Positions 12,501-22,200 of a stretch of DNA of 64,000 nucleotides are shown here, in pieces (the stretch's first letter is position 1; every line of letters begins with the position of its first letter). The translations under genes were made by a program, and so were the position numbers. The notes below the pieces were generated by a model. It was not told the origin of the DNA and made no database searches. It worked only from the letters and a program-made list of their open reading frames with translations. Source of the stretch: Auanema rhodensis (Eukaryota; Animalia; Nematoda); contig OZ059899.1 in assembly GCA_964057225.1 (NCBI GenBank), positions 8,246,001-8,310,000 on the forward strand. The letters run 5' to 3'.

Positions 12501-15500
12501 ACAACGACCGGGCGTCCAAGCCAAGCGTTGCGTCACCAGGGACTGACTTTCGAAAGAAAGACTGCCCCGGGTGGACAAGGAGAGGTGTAAGGCCCAGGCC
12601 CGCAAGGGAGCAAGCAAAAGCCTCCGCGCGTTGCAGTGGTTGGATAGCGCCCATGAGTACTGTCTTCTGTCCAGCCTGAGCAACATCTTCAAACCAACCA
12701 TCGTTTTGAATTTTTCAATCTCGAGCTCATGTGCTGCAATTTGCGATATGTAGCACGTAGAGTAAGGTAGAGAACCACTGAGCGTCGTGGCGGGCGCTTG
12801 TGAGCCGGCTTCTAGGCAGTAGATGTTTGTGGATGAAGTGAGCTCAGGAGTTCTGGTTCAGTTGTATGCTACAACGACCGGGCGTCCAAGCCAAGCGTTG
12901 CGTCACCAGGGACTGACTTTCGAAAGAAAGACTGCCCCGGGTGGACAAGGAGAGGTGTAAGGCCCAGGCCCGCAAGGGAGCAAGCAAAAGCCTCCGCGCG
13001 TTGCAGTGGTTGGATAGCGCCCATGAGTACTGTCTTCTGTCCAGCCTGAGCAACATCTTCAAACCAACCATCGTTTTGAATTTTTCAATCTCGAGCTCAT
13101 GTGCTGCAATTTGCGATATGTAGCACGTAGAGTAAGGTAGAGAACCACTGAGCGTCGTGGCGGGCGCTTGTGAGCCGGCTTCTAGGCAGTAGATGTTTGT
13201 GGATGAAGTGAGTTCAGGAGTTCTGGTTCAGTTGTATGCTACAACGACCGGGCGTCCAAGCCAAGCGTTGCGTCACCAGGGACTGACTTTCGAAAGAAAG
13301 ACTGCCCCGGGTGGACAAGGAGAGGTGTAAGGCCCAGGCCCGCAAGGGAGCAAGCAAAAGCCTCCGCGCGTTGCAGTGGTTGGATAGCGCCCATGAGTAC
13401 TGTCTTCTGTCCAGCCTGAGCAACATCTTCAAACCAACCATCGTTTTGAATTTTTCAATCTCGAGCTCATGTGCTGCAATTTGCGATATGTAGCACGTAG
13501 AGTAAGGTAGAGAACCACTGAGCGTCGTGGCGGGCGCTTGTGAGCCGGCTTCTAGGCAGTAGATGTTTGTGGATGAAGTGAGTTCAGGAGTTCTGGTTCA
13601 GTTGTATGCTACAACGACCGGGCGTCCAAGCCAAGCGTTGCGTCACCAGGGACTGACTTTCGAAAGAAAGACTGCCCCGGGTGGACAAGGAGAGGTGTAA
13701 GGCCCAGGCCCGCAAGGGAGCAAGCAAAAGCCTCCGCGCGTTGCAGTGGTTGGATAGCGCCCATGAGTACTGTCTTCTGTCCAGCCTGAGCAACATCTTC
13801 AAACCAACCATCGTTTTGAATTGTTCAATCTCGAGCTCATGTGCTGCAATTTGCGATATGTAGCACGTAGAGTAAGGTAGAGAACCACTGAGCGTCGTGG
13901 CGGGCGCTTGTGAGCCGGCTTCTAGGCAGTAGATGTTTGTGGATGAAGTGAGCTCAGGAGTTCTGGTTCAGTTGTATGCTACAACGACCGGGCGTCCAAG
14001 CCAAGCGTTGCGTCACCAGGGACTGACTTTCGAAAGAAAGACTGCCCCGGGTGGACAAGGAGAGGTGTAAGGCCCAGGCCCGCAAGGGAGCAAGCAAAAG
14101 CCTCCTCGCGTTGCAGTGGTTGGATAGCGCCCATGAGTACTGTCTTCTGTCCAGCCTGAGCAACATCTTCAAACCAACCATCGTTTTGAATTTTTCAATC
14201 TCGAGCTCATGTGCTGCAATTCGCGATATGTAGCACGTAGAGTAAGGTAGAGAACCACTGAGCGTCGTGGCGGGCGCTTGTGAGCCGGCTTCTAGGCAGT
14301 AGATGTTTGTGGATGAAGTGAGTTCAGGAGTTCTGGTTCAGTTGTATGCTACAACGACCGGGCGTCCAAGCCAAGCGTTGCGTCACCAGGGACTGACTTT
14401 CGAAAGAAAGACTGCCCCGGGTGGACAAGGAGAGGTGTAAGGCCCAGGCCCGCAAGGGAGCAAGCAAAAGCCTCCGCGCGTTGCAGTGGTTGGATAGCGC
14501 CCATGAGTACTGTCTTCTGTCCAGCCTGAGCAACATCTTCAAACCAACCATCGTTTTGAATTGTTCAATCTCGAGCTCATGTGCTGCAATTTGCGATATG
14601 TAGCACGTAGAGTAAGGTAGAGAACCACTGAGCGTCGTGGCGGGCGCTTGTGAGCCGGCTTCTAGGCAGTAGATGTTTGTGGATGAAGTGAGCTCAGGAG
14701 TTCTGGTTCAGTTGTATGCTACAACGACCGGGCGTCCAAGCCAAGCGTTGCGTCACCAGGGACTGACTTTCGAAAGAAAGACTGCCCCGGGTGGACAAGG
14801 AGAGGTGTAAGGCCCAGGCCCGCAAGGGAGCAAGCAAAAGCCTCCTCGCGTTGCAGTGGTTGGATAGCGCCCATGAGTACTGTCTTCTGTCCAGCCTGAG
14901 CAACATCTTCAAACCAACCATCGTTTTGAATTTTTCAATCTCGAGCTCATGTGCTGCAATTCGCGATATGTAGCACGTAGAGTAAGGTAGAGAACCACTG
15001 AGCGTCGTGGCGGGCGCTTGTGAGCCGGCTTCTAGGCAGTAGATGTTTGTGGATGAAGTGAGTTCAGGAGTTCTGGTTCAGTTGTATGCTACAACGACCG
15101 GGCGTCCAAGCCAAGCGTTGCGTCACCAGGGACTGACTTTCGAAAGAAAGACTGCCCCGGGTGGACAAGGAGAGGTGTAAGGCCCAGGCCCGCAAGGGAG
15201 CAAGCAAAAGCCTCCGCGCGTTGCAGTGGTTGGATAGCGCCCATGAGTACTGTCTTCTGTCCAGCCTGAGCAACATCTTCAAACCAACCATCGTTTTGAA
15301 TTTTTCAATCTCGAGCTCATGTGCTGCAATTTGCGATATGTAGCACGTAGAGTAAGGTAGAGAACCACTGAGCGTCGTGGCGGGCGCTTGTGAGCCGGCT
15401 TCTAGGCAGTAGATGTTTGTGGATGAAGTGAGCTCAGGAGTTCTGGTTCAGTTGTATGCTACAACGACCGGGCGTCCAAGCCAAGCGTTGCGTCACCAGG

Positions 15501-18500
15501 GACTGACTTTCGAAAGAAAGACTGCCCCGGGTGGACAAGGAGAGGTGTAAGGCCCAGGCCCGCAAGGGAGCAAGCAAAAGCCTCCGCGCGTTGCAGTGGT
15601 TGGATAGCGCCCATGAGTACTGTCTTCTGTCCAGCCTGAGCAACATCTTCAAACCAACCATCGTTTTGAATTTTTCAATCTCGAGCTCATGTGCTGCAAT
15701 TTGCGATATGTAGCACGTAGAGTAAGGTAGAGAACCACTGAGCGTCGTGGCGGGCGCTTGTGAGCCGGCTTCTAGGCAGTAGATGTTTGTGGATGAAGTG
15801 AGTTCAGGAGTTCTGGTTCAGTTGTATGCTACAACGACCGGGCGTCCAAGCCAAGCGTTGCGTCACCAGGGACTGACTTTCGAAAGAAAGACTGCCCCGG
15901 GTGGACAAGGAGAGGTGTAAGGCCCAGGCCCGCAAGGGAGCAAGCAAAAGCCTCCGCGCGTTGCAGTGGTTGGATAGCGCCCATGAGTACTGTCTTCTGT
16001 CCAGCCTGAGCAACATCTTCAAACCAACCATCGTTTTGAATTTTTCAATCTCGAGCTCATGTGCTGCAATTTGCGATATGTAGCACGTAGAGTAAGGTAG
16101 AGAACCACTGAGCGTCGTGGCGGGCGCTTGTGAGCCGGCTTCTAGGCAGTAGATGTTTGTGGATGAAGTGAGTTCAGGAGTTCTGGTTCAGTTGTATGCT
16201 ACAACGACCGGGCGTCCAAGCCAAACGTTGCGTCACCAGGGACTGACTTTCGAAAGAAAGACTGCCCCGGGTGGACAAGGAGAGGTGTAAGGCCCAGGCC
16301 CGCAAGGGAGCAAGCAAAAGCCTCCGCGCGTTGCAGTGGTTGGATAGCGCCCATGAGTACTGTCTTCTGTCCAGCCTGAGCAACATCTTCAAACCAACCA
16401 TCGTTTTGAATTTTTCAATCTCGAGCTCATGTGCTGCAATTTGCGATATGTAGCACGTAGAGTAAGGTAGAGAACCACTGAGCGTCGTGGCGGGCGCTTG
16501 TGAGCCGGCTTCTAGGCAGTAGATGTTTGTGGATGAAGTGAGCTCAGGAGTTCTGGTTCAGTTGTATGCTACAACGACCGGGCGTCCAAGCCAAGCGTTG
16601 CGTCACCAGGGACTGACTTTCGAAAGAAAGACTGCCCCGGGTGGACAAGGAGAGGTGTAAGGCCCAGGCCCGCAAGGGAGCAAGCAAAAGCCTCCGCGCG
16701 TTGCAGTGGTTGGATAGCGCCCATGAGTACTGTCTTCTGTCCAGCCTGAGCAACATCTTCAAACCAACCATCGTTTTGAATTTTTCAATCTCGAGCTCAT
16801 GTGCTGCAATTTGCGATATGTAGCACGTAGAGTAAGGTAGAGAACCACTGAGCGTCGTGGCGGGCGCTTGTGAGCCGGCTTCTAGGCAGTAGATGTTTGT
16901 GGATGAAGTGAGCTCAGGAGTTCTGGTTCAGTTGTATGCTACAACGACCGGGCGTCCAAGCCAAGCGTTGCGTCACCAGGGACTGACTTTCGAAAGAAAG
17001 ACTGCCCCGGGTGGACAAGGAGAGGTGTAAGGCCCAGGCCCGCAAGGGAGCAAGCAAAAGCCTCCGCGCGTTGCAGTGGTTGGATAGCGCCCATGAGTAC
17101 TGTCTTCTGTCCAGCCTGAGCAACATCTTCAAACCAACCATCGTTTTGAATTTTTCAATCTCGAGCTCATGTGCTGCAATTTGCGATATGTAGCACGTAG
17201 AGTAAGGTAGAGAACCACTGAGCGTCGTGGCGGGCGCTTGTGAGCCGGCTTCTAGGCAGTAGATGTTTGTGGATGAAGTGAGCTCATGAGTTCTGGTTCA
17301 GTTGTATGCTACAACGACCGGGCGTCCAAGCCAAGCGTTGCGTCACCAGGGACTGACTTTCGAAAGAAAGACTGCCCCGGGTGGACAAGGAGAGGTGTAA
17401 GGCCCAGGCCCGCAAGGGAGCAAGCAAAAGCCTCCGCGCGTTGCAGTGGTTGGATAGCGCCCATGAGTACTGTCTTCTGTCCAGCCTGAGCAACATCTTC
17501 AAACCAACCATCGTTTTGAATTTTTCAATCTCGAGCTCATGTGCTGCAATTCGCGATATGTAGCACGTAGAGTAAGGTAGAGAACCACTGAGCGTCGTGG
17601 CGGGCGCTTGTGAGCCGGCTTCTAGGCAGTAGATGTTTGTGGATGAAGTGAGTTCAGGAGTTCTGGTTCAGTTGTATGCTACAACGACCGGGCGTCCAAG
17701 CCAAGCGTTGCGTCACCAGGGACTGACTTTCGAAAGAAAGACTGCCCCGGGTGGACAAGGAGAGGTGTAAGGCCCAGGCCCGCAAGGGAGCAAGCAAAAG
17801 CCTCCGCGCGTTGCAGTGGTTGGATAGCGCCCATGAGTACTGTCTTCTGTCCAGCCTGAGCAACATCTTCAAACCAACCATCGTTTTGAATTTTTCAATC
17901 TCGAGCTCATGTGCTGCAATTTGCGATATGTAGCACGTAGAGTAAGGTAGAGAACCACTGAGCGTCGTGGCGGGCGCTTGTGAGCCGGCTTCTAGGCAGT
18001 AGATGTTTGTGGATGAAGTGAGCTCAGGAGTTCTGGTTCAGTTGTATGCTACAACGACCGGGCGTCCAAGCCAAGCGTTGCGTCACCAGGGACTGACTTT
18101 CGAAAGAAAGACTGCCCCGGGTGGACAAGGAGAGGTGTAAGGCCCAGGCCCGCAAGGGAGCAAGCAAAAGCCTCCGCGCGTTGCAGTGGTTGGATAGCGC
18201 CCATGAGTACTGTCTTCTGTCCAGCCTGAGCAACATCTTCAAACCAACCATCGTTTTGAATTTTTCAATCTCGAGCTCATGTGCTGCAATTTGCGATATG
18301 TAGCACGTAGAGTAAGGTAGAGAACCACTGAGCGTCGTGGCGGGCGCTTGTGAGCCGGCTTCTAGGCAGTAGATGTTTGTGGATGAAGTGAGCTCAGGAG
18401 TTCTGGTTCAGTTGTATGCTACAACGACCGGGCGTCCAAGCCAAGCGTTGCGTCACCAGGGACTGACTTTCGAAAGAAAGACTGCCCCGGGTGGACAAGG

Positions 18501-18627
18501 AGAGGTGTAAGGCCCAGGCCCGCAAGGGAGCAAGCAAAAGCCTCCGCGCGTTGCAGTGGTTGGATAGCGCCCATGAGTACTGTCTTCTGTCCAGCCTGAG
18601 CAACATCTTCAAACCAACCATCGTTTT
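3582..18627 (+). ncRNA. SRP RNA (7SL) copies 2-42, one per unit (RNA runs from about unit start +6 to +306); 40 of these 41 are full length
   Basis: Same sequence and motifs as copy 1, with only scattered SNPs. The last copy is at 18327-18627. Expression of individual copies cannot be determined from sequence. Confidence 0.93.
4322..4567 (+). pseudogene. SRP RNA copy 4 with a 55-nt S-domain deletion
   Basis: The junction GAAAGACTG|GCCTCCG at 4479/4480 removes CCCCGGGTGG...GCAAGCAAAA (55 nt), which includes the helix 8 SRP54-binding loop and tetraloop. Confidence 0.85.
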
Positions 18628-18645
18628 GAATTTTTCAATCTCGAG

Positions 18646-18725
18646 CAAAAATCAAAACTATAACAAAATTACGTGCTACATATCGCAAATTGCAGCACGT
18701 AATTTTGTTATAGTTTTGATTTTTG
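18646..18725. repeat. 80-bp palindrome with perfect 32-bp arms (possible MITE-like element)
   Basis: CAAAAATCAAAACTATAACAAAATTACGTGCT (18646-18677) is the exact reverse complement of 18694-18725, around a 16-nt centre. It is followed by TA. The inverted repeat is certain; MITE identity is inference. Confidence 0.9.
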
Positions 18726-18813
18726 TATACAATGTATTATCGTTATAATTTGTCATTGTTTTCTTTTAATTTTAAAGTTTTGCAATAATTCATATTTAAA
18801 ACATTAAGAATGT

Positions 18814-18819
18814 TTTATT
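18814..18819 (-). promoter_or_regulatory. Candidate polyadenylation signal (AATAAA) of the RasGAP gene
   Basis: AATAAA on the - strand ~390 nt downstream of the stop codon. The motif is common in AT-rich DNA. Confidence 0.35.
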
Positions 18820-19206
18820 TGAATAAATTTCTATATGTAAATATAAACGCATCGTAGATGTCATCAGCAACGTACGAAAAAATTCCCGAATAGGAGATTA
18901 CAACGAAAAGCGCAGAAAGGAACTCATGTGAGTTATAAGAGGTTAAATCTGAGCATAGTTGTTTTGTAAAGCAAATTAAGTAGTGGATGGAAATAATGGG
19001 AAAAAGAAAATAGAGAAAATTGGGGAGATATTCAGAGATTAGTGGTGAATAAGCTTTATGTACAATAGTGATGATGCATCCGTGGATGGTAAGCTCGAAC
19101 AAAACTTATTAGGAATAACATAAAAATAAATAGAATTATATATATTCACGAAATATCACAAGTCTATACCCAGGTAATCACATTAGATCAAACAGAAGTT
19201 TCATGC

Positions 19207-22200
19207 TTATTGACAGGATTGAATAGGTTTAGGTGTCCGTTCGATAGAGGACCGGGAATCGTAGATTTTCTCGGATGCTCCAGTGGTAGATCGTTTATCT
19301 TTATCAGTTTTACTAGCGGCAGCTACGTGACGTTTTAATTCTTCATTTTCCAAAATTAACCTTTCAATAACACGTCGTTGATCTTCAATAATTTTTTCCT
19401 GCAAAAGCATTCATATTAAAATACTCTTATACTAATTAGGCACCTGGTCACTTATTACAGGAGGTTTTTCGTATAAATTATTATTCCATGTGTTTGGAAC
19501 AGCATTATCTCTTCGAGGAACAGCATTCGAGCGATCCCAGTCATCACCGGGAATAACATCTATTACAGTAGGCCGGAGCATCGCAGATGTCCGAGACATT
19601 CGTGGGTTTGTTCTCGGCATATTTGAAGTTCGTGGTGATATTTCACATTCGGAAGGGGTTCCATACATCTGTAAAAAACATTTAGTACAAAAAAAGAAAA
19701 AAACTAAATATTACTTGATTAGAGTATCCTGTATATGGTTCTTCATGTTCATAATTACTAGGGCTAGAGCTACGGTATATCGAACTGCTGTAACTGTTAC
19801 CATATCCAGATGGCCCCGGATGCATATCAGGAACAGAATTGGGACTATAGCCGGAATTGGCCATAGATAAAGTTCCCAAACGATCAACAGGGGATGATGA
19901 AGCAGATGAATTGCTATAGCTGCTGCTATGATTATTACTATGGTAGCCAGAAGAAGGAGGTAGGCTTCCTGTATCAGGACTTCCATCAATTCTTCGCTTC
20001 GACTTTCGCGATCGCATTCGTTCAGCTCTCAGCTAAAACAAAAGATAGTTAAAAATAAAACTGTCAATTTCTAAGTTACCTCGCTATCGCTATCAGTATC
20101 TCGAGCTTCACAGCTACTACTTGTTTTATCACTGGTTCTGCTACTTGATGTACCCGTCTCATCACTTAACCGTGCTAGATGACGGGAAGGTGTGGCCTAG
20201 AATAATAGGAATTAAAAAAGAGACTTGAAAAATTGAAAATTGAAGTTTGTGACTTTTTGAGGTTTTTGAGAAGTCATAGTGGATTATTGTCACCCATTTA
20301 TACTTTTTTAACTTTTTAAACACCCGAAAAAACGTAAAAACATAATTAAGCGATATTCACTAAATACTTACCACTAAAGCTGAGCTAGTCACATAATCGT
20401 CACTCGTCATTAAATGAGCTGCAGGGCGATTGCGCGAAACGACGGTGGCCTGTCCAGTTGGTGGAGTACTCCGATAGGCTGGTACATTTTCATTTCGTGG
20501 TCGAAGAACTGTTTGTTGTTGAGGACTATTCTCATAATCGCTACTTGCTTGATGCAGCATGGGTGAACTGCTAGGCATGCCTACAGAACGACGTTTGTGT
20601 TCCCGAAGGTCTCCCAGAATAGCCCTTAGATCAACCAATCGACGATCAATTGAAGCTTTCTCATGAATCTCTGGTGTCCATGACTCTTCGAGATATGTAG
20701 TCAGCAAGCTCAACTCCTTGCCAAGATCAACGTGAACGTCGGATCTCGATGGAGTATCGCAAGGCCCAGAGGAAATGAAAAGTAGGAAATCCTTCATTCG
20801 TTGCCATTCTCTTTCCACAAACTTATTCATGAACTCCATGTAATGTTCTTTTCCACCAAACTTAGTGAAGTTTGCGAGATTTTGAAGAGTCTTAGCAATA
20901 AGAGTCAAATTTCTAGCAGTTGTACTGGACGGATATTCCGTACACTGAAAAGGTTTAACAATAGGAATATATTATGAATGATAGATATTACCAGACTGAA
21001 AAGGCTAGGACTCAAAATAGCCGGACAGAGATATCGCAAGAAAATAGAAGACGAAATAAGCGTATCAGCTAGTCCACCACGTCCTTGTGCTTCTAATCTG
21101 TCTCGGAGTGTATAGAACACGTCGCGTAATTCAAGAGGAAGATCGTTCGTACTGAAATAAGTGCAAACAATAAGCTGTCAACGAATCAGAAGAAAGATTT
21201 AAGTGACAAATCGTTTAGCTATATATATATATATATAATTTTTTCATTCATTTATATATATATATGAGCGGCATCTTACCTATTAAGAATACAGGACCAG
21301 GCTTTTTCCACACAATCCATTAATAAAGTTCTATTACGTTCCAAGGTTGGTGGTGAAACAGAAGAAAGCTTTAAAGGATCTACTTCACAAGATTCCGTCA
21401 TTGAAAGTAAGTCTTGGGTTAAACTGCCTAGTGTATTCTAAAGAGCGGGTTTGAAATGGTCATGGCGTTCACAATCTAACCTGTAGATAGTCTTGCGATA
21501 CTAATTTCATATAGGCTTCCATAGCCTTAGTTGCTAAAGAGTTGCCACGGAACATCAAGTGATCATTATCTAAAATACAAAATGTTGATTTTAAGACCAA
21601 TCAATCTTACCCAGCAAATTTACTTCCGACATTATAAGATCGCACAAGAAGTCTTTAGCTAGCTTCTGTCGATGTAAAATACGCACAAGAGTAGTTGCGA
21701 GATCCTCTTTAGCTTTTACTGACAAAATAGGCTCTAGTTGAGCACATAGGGGTAAGTAGTTGTACGTAAGGAAATGAAGTAAGTCATCATAGGCTCGTAA
21801 AGGCAAAATCTCGACTGATTGCCATCGTGCTTTGATACGAATGGCTGGTTGATCCATTTGAGTGTTTTTAGCACCAAGAGCATGAACTAGACGATTTCCG
21901 GTATCACTTGTAGTAGTAACGGTATACCTGAAAAACTTAGATGTAGGTTGTTGATATTAATTTAAGCAGAATTTTTCTATTCGAATAGTTATTCGAAATA
22001 TTTAGTATTTTTTATTAATTCACAAAATTTCAAAGGAAATCATCCAGTTTTCTTCCAATAGTTACCTGCAGTAACTTCCGAAAATAGACGCTAAACGAAT
22101 ATAATTTTTCCTCAACCGGAATGTCCAACGCATAAAATTCGTTAAAACCCGGCGATCGTTAGAAAACTCTGCTCCAAACCCGTTGCCCTCAGAAGCAATT

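Larger units (their letters stand above)
3206..18646 (+). repeat. Tandem array of 42 units, 370-bp period (unit 4 is 315 bp; unit 42 is truncated within its spacer)
   Basis: Unit starts (AGAACCACTGAG) are at 3206, 3576, 3946, 4316, then 4631+370n up to 18321. Units differ from the consensus by 0-3 substitutions. The consensus unit has 198/370 G+C (53.5%), against AT-rich flanks. Confidence 0.99.

Noticed and set aside
3206-18646. CRISPR array, retrozyme/viroid-like multimer, or 5S/SL1 repeat
   Set aside because: There are no unique spacers or cas genes. I found no hammerhead, HDV or twister core and no SL1 or 5S sequence. The rod-like fold and GNRA loops are accounted for by SRP RNA.
18671-18700. 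Programmed DNA elimination break motif (~30-nt degenerate palindromes are known in some rhabditids)
   Set aside because: Only the size and symmetry are similar. There is no telomeric (TTAGGC)n addition and I cannot match a known motif. A soma versus germline coverage comparison would be needed.
3279-18748. About 85 repeated 60-85 aa ORFs on both strands (MDKERCKAQ..., MVGLKMLLR...)
   Set aside because: They are incidental frames across the SRP RNA. One starts at GTG, they show no protein features, and the conservation is explained by the RNA.
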